Notes: a model not told the origin generated them from the letters alone. Positions 15,405 through 23,787 are shown, counted from the first letter of the stretch. The stretch: DNA of 64,000 nt from Gammaproteobacteria bacterium (GCA_029244985.1 JAQWQD010000010.1:155828-219827), one strand, 5' to 3'. Numbers and translations: made by a program.

Positions 15405-16534
15405 TGCTCTTCACCTTCACTAATACCTGTATAGTTTCTGTACTCATCCCAAAGCGCCTCACGCAATTCCAGGTCAGGCTCACTCATTGCAGCCTCTCTT
15501 AGCTGTCGAGCAACCACATCATCATCTCTCCCACTGGGAATATCTTCCGGTGGTGGAAAAGTTTCAGTCGGTGGCGGTGGAGAGGAAGATGAAGAAGGGC
15601 GCGATGCAGCAACGCCCGAGGGGGCTCCAGCTTCAGCTTCAGGGAGTGTTTGTGGTTGCGTAGAAGTATTACCGCCGCCGGCATCTCCTCCCGGCTGCGC
15701 GCTGCCTGCAGCATTACTTTCATTCTGAGCTTGTTCTCTTTCACTGAGAATGAAGCCATCAAAGGTTTCATAGCCTCGACGTAGTCTTTCGTCCAATACT
15801 TTTGCTCTTTCAACAGAGGTCATTGGTCCAGTGTTTTGAGTTTGCATGGAGCTATTTCCACTTAAAACACTATTTGGCAGCGTATCTAAGCTATAATCCC
15901 CACTGGGGCTCTCTAAAAGCCCTCCACCTGAACCAGAGTTCCCACCTTGACCTGAATTTAGATCTCCAGTAGAAATGTCGCCACTGGCATTGCCAGAGCC
16001 GGAGGTTGGAGCGCTTCTCCGACCTTGCTGTCCTGCCGGATTACCTTGCCCCTGTTGACTTTGCTGTGCTGATTGCTGCCCCCCACCAGATGCCTGACTT
16101 CCAGAATCGCTAGAAGGCACAGAGCTATCACGCGCACCTTGATCCCTAGATTGACTATTCGCCGAACCTCGCCCACTTGTTTGTGGAAAATTCGATGAAG
16201 TCTGCGGCATCGGATTATCCCTATTGGCTTGGGCTTGAGAGCTGCTCTGGGCTCCCTGCGAACGCTGGGAAGAGCTACCGGAGGGCGACGGGTTCGATTG
16301 AGAGCGGCTACTACTGCTCGAAGATGGCATTGACGGCGATGATTGTGACCTCGACCTCGAACTGCTTGATGATGGCATCGATTGCGAGCTTGGTGAGCTC
16401 GGGCTCGAAGAAGAGGGCATAGATGGCATACTCGCAGAGGATGAGCTCTGACTCGAGCTTTGACATGCCAGAAAGCTTAAGCTGATTACGCTTAGCAAAA
16501 CTATCTTAGGCATTATCATATTAAACTTTTTCAT
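15401..16534 (-). CDS. Ser/Gln/Gly-rich, predicted disordered lipoprotein
   Basis: Lipobox ISLSFLAC, then about 200 aa of low complexity (SASMPSMPSSSSPSSPSSQSMPSSSSSRSRSQSSPSMPSSSSSS...). The more ordinary C-terminal third carries VERAKVLDERLRRGYETFDGFIL and a PPPPTETFPPPEDIP stretch. The frame is supported by ATGA coupling to the next gene. Confidence 0.6.
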   Translation of the reverse strand: MKKFNMIMPKIVLLSVISLSFLACQSSSQSSSSASMPSMPSSSSPSSPSSQSMPSSSSSRSRSQSSPSMPSSSSSSRSQSNPSPSGSSSQRSQGAQSSSQAQANRDNPMPQTSSNFPQTSGRGSANSQSRDQGARDSSVPSSDSGSQASGGGQQSAQQSQQGQGNPAGQQGRRSAPTSGSGNASGDISTGDLNSGQGGNSGSGGGLLESPSGDYSLDTLPNSVLSGNSSMQTQNTGPMTSVERAKVLDERLRRGYETFDGFILSEREQAQNESNAAGSAQPGGDAGGGNTSTQPQTLPEAEAGAPSGVAASRPSSSSSPPPPTETFPPPEDIPSGRDDDVVARQLREAAMSEPDLELREALWDEYRNYTGISEGEEQ

Positions 16535-16843
16535 AGATTTAACTTGGATTTGAAGCAGCTGTGAATTGCACTCCCTTTTTCGTGATTTTAGCTACTTTTT
16601 ATCGACATTTTCGATTTATAGGTACATATCAAAACAAATAGTCGAAATTTATAACTCACTGAAAATGTGCAGCTTAATTGTAATCCAGCCCCCTTTACCT
16701 TTGCTTAACAATAGAACAGCTAATCATTGGATGCTACATCTTACATCGTCCTGCCCATATACACGAACCCGTTAGCTATCCCGCAATTCCTTATGGTAGA
16801 TTTCAAGTGCACTGGTCCGGGAGCCGGCGACGCTGTGACGCCA

Positions 16844-16975
16844 CTACTGGTCGACGATCATTTCACGCATTTCTCCCACACGAGTCTCGGCATCTTCTTC
16901 CGAGACTGCACCCTCGGAAACGGCTTGACCGATACTGGCTTCGGCCCGCCTGATGGCCTGGACTTTGCCAGTCAT
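16844..16975 (-). CDS. Possible small acidic helical protein (43 aa), below the ORF-track size cutoff
   Basis: Hand translation gives MTGKVQAIRRAEASIGQAVSEGAVSEEDAETRVGEMREMIVDQ*. GAGGA lies 6 nt upstream of the ATG. It is on the same strand as the flanking operon genes. An in-frame stop lies 8 codons upstream of the ATG. Confidence 0.3.
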   Translation of the reverse strand: MTGKVQAIRRAEASIGQAVSEGAVSEEDAETRVGEMREMIVDQ

Positions 16976-17096
16976 CGACCATCCTCTACCGAAAAACTAT
17001 CCCATAGACATCTTTTCGCAAAAAACCCCAATCAGGATACTTTTGAAATCCCGGAAAACGCTGTTTAAAATAACTATTCACGCTATCTACTGAAAA

Positions 17097-18482
17097 TTAG
17101 TACCAATACCTGTAGCGAAACGCCTGTCCATTAGTACGTTCCAGCTTTCCTTCGACTAGCATAGGTCGAAACGTCGAAGCCCGGACTTCACGGCGTAATT
17201 GGGAAAGCCTATATGCGTTTTCTTCTGTTTCTTCAGATAGAACTTCTATGTTTCTGGGTCTACCGGCCTCAGTAACATCAAGAGAAATATCCGCGTAAGC
17301 GTGACTTAAAGTATTCCGACTCTTCGCATCGCCAGCGCTCATCTTCAAATTGCGAGGATCTTCTGCAAAGGTCGGCAGCAACACTACCTGGCCAAATAGT
17401 TTCTTAATTAGCTCGTCGCCATTTTCTTCAGAAGCTAATAATTCCCATGCCTGCAGATAAAAGTCATCTGCCGTTCGGCGCCGATTAAACATCAAGAACC
17501 AGTCCGCTAAGTGAGTAATCGCTTCAGCCATCGCGTAGACATTATAAGGCTTTGTGGATTGGTAACTTACGATATTTTGCAAGGCAACTACACCGATATT
17601 ATAGCCCTGTGGCAAGATGGACTTGCGCTCATTTAATTGTTGTCGCAATACTTCCTGGCCGTTTCTATATTCGGGACGATCAATTTCCATTGTGTATTGG
17701 GGATAACGCGAGACCTGATACGCAGAGATAGCAAGATTTCGAAGGTAACGGGTGAAGCGCTCATCGTCCCTGCCAAAATGCATCTCTACCATGCGGACAG
17801 CGGTGCTATAGAGCATTTGGGCACTGCTTAAGCGCACTCCCAAAGCAGCACCGTAGCCAATATTAAAAGCTCGCATGTTCCATGATGCTAAACGGTCTAG
17901 CACTGGAATAATGCGAGGATCATTTGTTCCGTAAGCCTTCTGTTGCACAAAAAATAAATAATTGTTGTAGAGATCTGTGTTTTCCCAGTCTCCAAGCGCC
18001 AAATAGCTCTCGACCATTTCCTCAACCATTGGAATTTGATCAAGCGTGTGAAGACCGTTAGAAATGCGATTGATATGAACCGCACGATCAAATGCTTCGA
18101 TCGCCCCTATATGATTTCCTTGTTGCTGTTCGAGACCCCCAATGGAGGCAAGCTGCTCGGTTAAACCGCTGTCCCAAGCACCCCCAAACCCTTCCAAAGA
18201 ATCCACGTTTTCCGAGTATTCGCGAATACTATTCATTCGGTCGATAAAATCAGGATCATCTTCTGGGTCGAACTCTTCAACTTTTAGCGGTAACTCTGGG
18301 AATTGAGGTTCTATACCTGGCTGGATAGGGACTGGAACTTCGATGTAGTGTATGGTCGCCGGCGCTGGCTCTTCTGCAGGCAAAGAGGCAGCATCTTCTC
18401 CCTGGCTATAGAGCTCTTGAGCGCTGATGCTTACAAGCACAGCACAGAGGCGAAGGCTTAATTTGAATGAAATACTGCGCAT
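17097..18482 (-). CDS. Secreted protein: Pro/acidic N-terminal stretch, helical repeat middle, TonB-C-like C-terminal domain (tentative)
   Basis: Signal peptide MRSISFKLSLRLCAVLVSISAQ. Then PAEEPAPATIHYIEVPVPIQPGIEPQFPELP. The C-terminus YADISLDVTEAGRPRNIEVLSE....ASTFRPMLVEGKLERTNGQAFRYRY resembles the TonB_C pattern (G.V.v.f.V...G...n..V..S........A......wrF.P....G.pv). Confidence 0.55.
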   Translation of the reverse strand: MRSISFKLSLRLCAVLVSISAQELYSQGEDAASLPAEEPAPATIHYIEVPVPIQPGIEPQFPELPLKVEEFDPEDDPDFIDRMNSIREYSENVDSLEGFGGAWDSGLTEQLASIGGLEQQQGNHIGAIEAFDRAVHINRISNGLHTLDQIPMVEEMVESYLALGDWENTDLYNNYLFFVQQKAYGTNDPRIIPVLDRLASWNMRAFNIGYGAALGVRLSSAQMLYSTAVRMVEMHFGRDDERFTRYLRNLAISAYQVSRYPQYTMEIDRPEYRNGQEVLRQQLNERKSILPQGYNIGVVALQNIVSYQSTKPYNVYAMAEAITHLADWFLMFNRRRTADDFYLQAWELLASEENGDELIKKLFGQVVLLPTFAEDPRNLKMSAGDAKSRNTLSHAYADISLDVTEAGRPRNIEVLSEETEENAYRLSQLRREVRASTFRPMLVEGKLERTNGQAFRYRYWY

Positions 18483-18714
18483 GATATTTAGCTTGAATCC
18501 GTGATGGATTTTCCTAATTTGTGACGAGATTCGTTCCTGAATACTTGCACCGACGTTAGGAAATGTAATCCTTTTCCCCTACGATAAGTAAAATCAAAGG
18601 ATCAAAGAGCGTAGATGTTATATCACCAGTGAATTTCACGTGTAAACATCCACAAGCCTATTTAAAGCATTTCCTTAAGGCATTAGCAGTAAAAATCGAC
18701 CCAATGGGCTTTTT

Positions 18715-20733
18715 TCATTCAATCGTTTTTTTTGAGAGCAACAAATTACCGTACTGATCTACCCGTGCAGTCCAGCCTGGGGCGACAAAAATCGTTGCAG
18801 CATATTCACTGACTACCGCGGGGCCCTCAAACTCTGTACCTGTCTTCAATTGATCCCGGTTAAAAACTTTCGCAGGCTCTTCCGAACCATAGACCTTAAT
18901 GGGTTCAAACTTATCGTGTTCCCCCTTCGAGCAATTTAGCGGAAGCGTAAGCGCTTTAGCAGCAGCAATAACCTTTGCGCGAATATTGACTATTTCAATG
19001 CCTGTACTCAAATCATAACCATAGCGTTGCTTATGAAGTGCCGCGAAGGCAGTGCGACAAGTTCGCAAATTAACCCATGGGATATTTAACGTGTAAGATT
19101 GTCCACGGTAGCGACAATCAGCAGAATATTTCACCTGAAGTTTCGAGCGTGATAAACCTTCATCTATCAATTCACCGCGCCCTTGCTCCGCCAACTCAAG
19201 AAACTGTTCTTCAATGTTTTGAGTTACTGCTTCTTCTGCGTACAAGCTTACGGTCCTAGTGAATTGCCGTCCGCGATCTGCAACCAGCATTCCTAGGGCT
19301 GACAATACCCCTCCATAAACTGGCACTATCGCTCGCTTCATTTGCATAGCTTCAGCGATTGCACACACGTGCAACCCCCCCGCTCCACCAAAACTTGCAA
19401 GAACAAATTCTGACGGGTCATATCCTCGGTTGACAGAAATGAGCCGAATAGCTTTAGCCATATGCTCGTTAGCAATTGTAACAATCCCCAATGCAGTTTC
19501 TTCGATGGACATGCCCAATACATTGCTCAATGCCTTAATTGCAGACTGAGCCTTCGCTAAATTGAGCGTTAGACTGCCTGCCAGAGCGGAGCTCACTAGC
19601 AATCGACCAAGCACTAAATTTGCGTCTGTAACTGTGGCGACCTCACCACCTTTCGCGTAACAAGCAGGGCCAGGGTCCGCCCCAGCGGATTGGGGCCCAA
19701 CTTTTAGCATGCCGCCACTATCCACAAAAGCAATCGAACCTCCTCCTGCACCAATGGTGTGCATGTCCACCATGGGGACGCCAATTGGGTAGCGTTCTAT
19801 TTGTCCTTCGATCGTCGTGTTTATTTTTCCGTCAATGAGAGCGACATCAGTAGACGTGCCTCCCATGTCAAAGCTGATTAATTTCTCGTTTCCAATTTGT
19901 CGGCCTAAAAATTGAATTGCAGTTAAGCCACCAGCAGGGCCTGACAGTAAGAGATTAACAGCTAAATCTGAGGCCTTATCTGCAGCGATTGTTTCTCCAC
20001 TGGATTGCATAATTTGTAATGAACATCCCCTTAATTGATCTCTCAGTAAGCTCAAATATCTACTTACAATTGGTGCCAGTGAAGCGTTCAACCAAGTCGC
20101 TATTCCCCGCTCGTATTCCTTATAAACTGGCAAGACAGCAGACGACCGACTGATAAAAACCGCTAAATCAGAATTCTTTATAGCTGCTTCAAGCTTTCGT
20201 TCAAAGGCATCATCTATAAATGAGAAGAGAAGGTTAATTGCTACCGCTTGTGGTTGCAGGTTTGCGATTTGTGCCAATAGTCGGGACACGTCTTCTTCAG
20301 TTAATGTATCGACTATCATTCCGTCGGCAGCTATTCGACCGCCGGTTTCCAAACAAAGCTCGGGCGGCACGGGTGGTTGAATGGGTTCAAATTCCAAAGC
20401 GTACAATGCAGGGCGCGCTTGTCTGGCAAGGCGCAACATATCTTTGAAACCATGATTGGTTATAAATACGGTCTTTGCGACCTTGCCCTCCAGAACTGCA
20501 TTGGTGGCCACGGTGCTGCCGTGTATGACATGAAGGTCGCCACTATCAAGCTTCCCTGTCAGCCCTAACCCTCGAATTCCAGCTAGAATTGCACGTTCTG
20601 GGGCCTCTGGAGTTGATAGAGTTTTATAAATTCTAAATGACGCTTCTGTTCCCGCGTCAATGCAGACGAAGTCAGTGAAAGTCCCCCCTGCATCTACGCC
20701 CAAGATTGTCATGTCTCTTGCTGTTTCCATCAC
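18715..20733 (-). CDS. Hydantoinase A/oxoprolinase-family protein (HyuA-like)
   Basis: ILGVDAGGTFTDFV, HGSTVATNAVLE, SFDMGGTSTDVALI and GAGGGSIA are the characteristic ASKHA motifs of the Hydant_A_N/Hydantoinase_A family. Confidence 0.85.
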   Translation of the reverse strand: MMETARDMTILGVDAGGTFTDFVCIDAGTEASFRIYKTLSTPEAPERAILAGIRGLGLTGKLDSGDLHVIHGSTVATNAVLEGKVAKTVFITNHGFKDMLRLARQARPALYALEFEPIQPPVPPELCLETGGRIAADGMIVDTLTEEDVSRLLAQIANLQPQAVAINLLFSFIDDAFERKLEAAIKNSDLAVFISRSSAVLPVYKEYERGIATWLNASLAPIVSRYLSLLRDQLRGCSLQIMQSSGETIAADKASDLAVNLLLSGPAGGLTAIQFLGRQIGNEKLISFDMGGTSTDVALIDGKINTTIEGQIERYPIGVPMVDMHTIGAGGGSIAFVDSGGMLKVGPQSAGADPGPACYAKGGEVATVTDANLVLGRLLVSSALAGSLTLNLAKAQSAIKALSNVLGMSIEETALGIVTIANEHMAKAIRLISVNRGYDPSEFVLASFGGAGGLHVCAIAEAMQMKRAIVPVYGGVLSALGMLVADRGRQFTRTVSLYAEEAVTQNIEEQFLELAEQGRGELIDEGLSRSKLQVKYSADCRYRGQSYTLNIPWVNLRTCRTAFAALHKQRYGYDLSTGIEIVNIRAKVIAAAKALTLPLNCSKGEHDKFEPIKVYGSEEPAKVFNRDQLKTGTEFEGPAVVSEYAATIFVAPGWTARVDQYGNLLLSKKTIE

Positions 20734-20858
20734 TGCTATTACTTAACTCTATGTGTTTACTGCTGAGACTTTCATTCTCGCAGAGGAAAGATTATAACTG
20801 CTGACCTCTCTTTGACTAGCAACGACCAATAATCTTATTGGTCCTACCTGGAACCTAA

Positions 20859-21674
20859 GTGCCAGAATTACCCGAAGTAGAAACGACAAAACGAGGTATC
20901 TCTCCCCACATTGAAAATAGGAGGGTAGAAGAAATTATTGTCCGTCAAAAAAAGTTGCGGTGGGAAGTACCGAATAATCTCTATCGAGATCTTGTTGGAA
21001 AAATAATCTTCACAGTAAAGCGCCGGGGAAAATACCTACTGTTGGCCAGCGACAACGGCACTCTGATAATTCACTTGGGGATGAGTGGCCGTCTCCGTAT
21101 TGTTAATAAAGATCTAATCGCCGCAAAACATGATCATTTAGATGTGGTGTTAGAGAATGGGAAAGCATTGCGCTTTACCGACCCTCGGCGCTTTGGTTGT
21201 GTGCTCTGGGAAGCTTCTGACATTGATTCACACCCTCTTCTCAAGAATTTAGGGCCTGAACCCCTCCATGATGAATTCGAAAGTGACTATTTGTTTAAAG
21301 CGAGTCGTGGCAGGTCTATCGCTATCAAAGCATTTATTATGGATAGCAAGATTGTAGTCGGTGTAGGCAACATTTATGCGAATGAAGCTTTGTTTCTGGC
21401 AGGTATTAACCCAAAACGTCCCGCTGGGAAAATTTCCAATACTAAGTATGACAAGCTTGTCCCGAGCATCAAAAAAATCTTGAGAGAGGCAATTGCGGCC
21501 GGCGGGACAACATTACGAGATTTCACCAATAGTAGCGGTGAACCAGGTTATTTTAAACAATCTCTTAATGTATACGGAAGAGGAGGCGAAAATTGTGTAC
21601 GGTGTGGCAACGGGTTAAAGGAAATTCGACTCGGCCAACGTAGCACGGTCTATTGCACCCAGTGTCAAAATTAA
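20859..21674 (+). CDS. mutM: Formamidopyrimidine-DNA glycosylase
   Basis: (M)PELPEVETTKRG N-terminus with a GTG start. C-terminal zinc finger C.RCG.....LGQRSTVYC.QCQ. Confidence 0.95.
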   Translation: MPELPEVETTKRGISPHIENRRVEEIIVRQKKLRWEVPNNLYRDLVGKIIFTVKRRGKYLLLASDNGTLIIHLGMSGRLRIVNKDLIAAKHDHLDVVLENGKALRFTDPRRFGCVLWEASDIDSHPLLKNLGPEPLHDEFESDYLFKASRGRSIAIKAFIMDSKIVVGVGNIYANEALFLAGINPKRPAGKISNTKYDKLVPSIKKILREAIAAGGTTLRDFTNSSGEPGYFKQSLNVYGRGGENCVRCGNGLKEIRLGQRSTVYCTQCQN

Positions 21675-21681
21675 GAAATTT

Positions 21682-22161
21682 TTATTTAGCATTTATCGCC
21701 GCAGCCACAGCCGGATGAACAAAATTAGAGATGTCACCTCCAAGCAATGCAATTTCTCTAACCAAAGTAGAAGAAATATAAGAGAGGTGTTCAGCAGGAG
21801 CTAGGAACACAGTTTCAATAGAAGGGTCTAGCACTCTGTTCATTGCTACTAGTTGGAACTCATATTCAAAGTCGGCGACAGTTCTTAATCCACGAAGAAT
21901 TATGTTTGCTCCTCGTTGACTAACAAACTCCGTTAATAAGCCTTCAAATGATGTGACTTCCACGTTCTCCAAACCAGCTAATACTTCTTTTGCTAATTCA
22001 ACTCGTTGGTCCGTTGGCAGTGTATTGCCTTTCTGTGTGTTAGTTCCTACAGCCACGATAATTTTGTCAAAGAGGCCTGCGGCCCTCTGGACAAGATCGG
22101 TGTGCCCGTTAGTAATAGGGTTGAAAGTTCCCGGGTATATAGCAATTTTGATACTTTTCAT
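21682..22161 (-). CDS. coaD: Phosphopantetheine adenylyltransferase
   Basis: IAIYPGTFNPITNGHTDLVQRA plus a 159-aa length is the classic CoaD signature. Confidence 0.95.
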   Translation of the reverse strand: MKSIKIAIYPGTFNPITNGHTDLVQRAAGLFDKIIVAVGTNTQKGNTLPTDQRVELAKEVLAGLENVEVTSFEGLLTEFVSQRGANIILRGLRTVADFEYEFQLVAMNRVLDPSIETVFLAPAEHLSYISSTLVREIALLGGDISNFVHPAVAAAINAK

Positions 22162-22217
22162 TTAATTCGTTTCTCTAGTTTGAAACGCATAATAACGAAT
22201 TGATATAGCTTGCTCAA

Positions 22218-23210
22218 TCAGCCGACCAAATAGTTTAACAATTGGGTTTCAAGCCACCTCTCTCGGTATCCAGCGATAAAGCCTACATGGCCTCCTGCGC
22301 TATTAAGCTGCAGTTGAATATTGCTGTTTAATGATTCGGGGCGGGGAACAGATTTGAGCGGAATCAACGGGTCATCTTTGCTTTGAATTAACAAGGTCTG
22401 TGTTTTTATACTAGACAAAAAGTTTAGGCTGCTACATTGTTCATAATAATCTAAAGCGTTGTTAAATCCATTGAGTGGAGATGTCACCAGTTCGTCAAAT
22501 TCCCAAATAGTGCGTACGCGTGAAAAATCACCAAGATTTTCAAGCAAGGATAGCTCTTCAACTTGCTTTCTTTTTCGGAACAATTGCATTTTAGTTTTCA
22601 AATCACTGACCAGGCGTCGAACGAAGTATTTCCCGTATAATTGGCTCATTCCCGAAAGCGTTGCTTTAGAGCATTCGCTCAATGAAAAAGGAGTAGAGAT
22701 TGCAGCCGCTTTGACTACTTTATGATGCCTTTGAATCTCCCCTAACCATTTCAGTAATACGTTTGCCCCCAAGGAATAACCAATACATACGAATCTTTTA
22801 TCGAAATACTTTTCACACAGTTTTGAAAATACCTCGTTCACGTCTGCTGATTCGCCCGAATGGTAAGCCTTAGCCTTTCTATTTATTTCGCCACTACACC
22901 CTCTAAAATTCATCGCCACAGACGAAATATTGTTTTTTGACAGAAGCCGTTGTAACGACAATACATAAGACGATTTTGAGCAACCACAAAGGCCATGGAG
23001 AATAAAAACTGTAATATGGCTTGCCTCATATCTGTTTGGAGCATCGGCTGACCAGTCCAAGTCAATAAAATCTCCATCTTTCAATTCAATTCTTTCTCTT
23101 GATTGCTTCACTACATCAGATGGAGAAAATTTTCTATAAAGGGTTTGAGAATGTCCTCCAGGAAGCCACCATACGGGGTGAAATTTATTTAGCACTGCGC
23201 CATGTGTCAT
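22218..23210 (-). CDS. Alpha/beta-fold hydrolase, YheT-like
   Basis: FHPVWWLPGGHSQTLY, HGLCGCS and nucleophile elbow GYSLGAN. The ORF-track start at 23417 overlaps rsmD by 200 nt and encodes a basic nonsense-like leader. I use the ATG at 23210 (MTHGAV...), which clears the rsmD stop. The ATG at 23252 is an alternative. Confidence 0.75.
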   Translation of the reverse strand: MTHGAVLNKFHPVWWLPGGHSQTLYRKFSPSDVVKQSRERIELKDGDFIDLDWSADAPNRYEASHITVFILHGLCGCSKSSYVLSLQRLLSKNNISSVAMNFRGCSGEINRKAKAYHSGESADVNEVFSKLCEKYFDKRFVCIGYSLGANVLLKWLGEIQRHHKVVKAAAISTPFSLSECSKATLSGMSQLYGKYFVRRLVSDLKTKMQLFRKRKQVEELSLLENLGDFSRVRTIWEFDELVTSPLNGFNNALDYYEQCSSLNFLSSIKTQTLLIQSKDDPLIPLKSVPRPESLNSNIQLQLNSAGGHVGFIAGYRERWLETQLLNYLVG

Positions 23211-23217
23211 TCTTTGT

Positions 23218-23787
23218 TCAATCTCTTCTAACAAAAAGATAGAAGTAAACATTGCCTGCTTTCTTTTCTTTTGCCCGAATCCAGTTTTTAGGAATTTGTA
23301 TTTTAGAAATCGTAATAGAAGATTCCATATACACATAGCAGCCTTTGGCAAGCAAATTCGATTCCTCGAGCGCAGCACAACTCGAAGCCAGTAGTTCTTC
23401 CGTGAAAGGCGGATCAAGAAATACGATATTGAAAGGTGGCATTGCTTTTGCCGTTGCTATCCAATCTAACGCGCTCGCGTGGCAAACTATACCTTGGGGC
23501 AGGTTTAGCAAACCCAGATTTTCTTCTAAGGCCTTAGCAATCCTTCGATCTCTTTCGACGAAAACAACTTTACTCGCCCCGCGCGATAATGCCTCTAGTC
23601 CCAAGACGCCGCTACCAGCAAACAAATCCAAACAACTTGAATTTAGGACTTGATTTTGCAACCAGTTAAATAAAGTTTCTCTAATTCGGTCTCCCGTGGG
23701 GCGAATTGCTTCATTTGCAGGAAACGAGAACTTACGCCGGCGTAAGTGGCCTGAAATTATTCGAACTGAATTAGCAGATTTTTTCAT
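23218..23787 (-). CDS. rsmD: 16S rRNA (guanine966-N2)-methyltransferase
   Basis: MKKSANSVRIISGHLRRRKFSFP...IRPTGDRIRETLFNWL, LDLFAGSGVLGLEALSRGA and VFLDPPF match RsmD. The start is taken at the second ATG (23787), which matches the E. coli MKK... N-terminus. Confidence 0.9.
   Translation of the reverse strand: MKKSANSVRIISGHLRRRKFSFPANEAIRPTGDRIRETLFNWLQNQVLNSSCLDLFAGSGVLGLEALSRGASKVVFVERDRRIAKALEENLGLLNLPQGIVCHASALDWIATAKAMPPFNIVFLDPPFTEELLASSCAALEESNLLAKGCYVYMESSITISKIQIPKNWIRAKEKKAGNVYFYLFVRRD

Noticed and set aside
15499-16422. Alternative-frame ORFs (15499-15813, 15958-16176 and 16177-16422) over the Ser-rich gene
   Set aside because: The repetitive, codon-biased DNA keeps several frames open. 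Only the 15401-16534 frame gives a lipobox N-terminus and the ATGA coupling to the next gene.
16566-17068. Plus-strand ORFs 16566-16775 and 16727-17068 in the gap inside the operon
   Set aside because: They are on the opposite strand to all 13 neighbours. They have no RBS that I can see and their translations look non-protein-like. The GC-rich part is better explained by the 43-aa minus-strand ORF with a GAGGA RBS.
5846-18482. Interpretation as a canonical Ton, Tol-Pal or flagellar stator locus, or as a Bat/MoxR-vWA aerotolerance operon
   Set aside because: The window has no TonB with an N-terminal anchor next to ExbBD and no TonB-dependent receptor. It has no TolA/TolB/Pal/CpoB and no MotB OmpA-like domain. 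It has no MoxR AAA+ ATPase or DUF58 gene. The vWA proteins carry ExbD-like helices, unlike BatA/BatB.
18690-18712. CCCAATGGGC followed by a T-run downstream of the hydantoinase gene, as a possible terminator
   Set aside because: The putative stem leaves essentially no loop, and the T-run is on the plus strand, where no gene ends.
22218-23417. A 399-aa version of the alpha/beta hydrolase ORF that overlaps rsmD by 200 nt
   Set aside because: The first 55-69 codons are a basic, nonsense-like read-through of the rsmD 3' end in another frame. Homology-like sequence (FHPVWWLPGGHSQTLY) begins just after the internal ATGs at 23252 and 23210.
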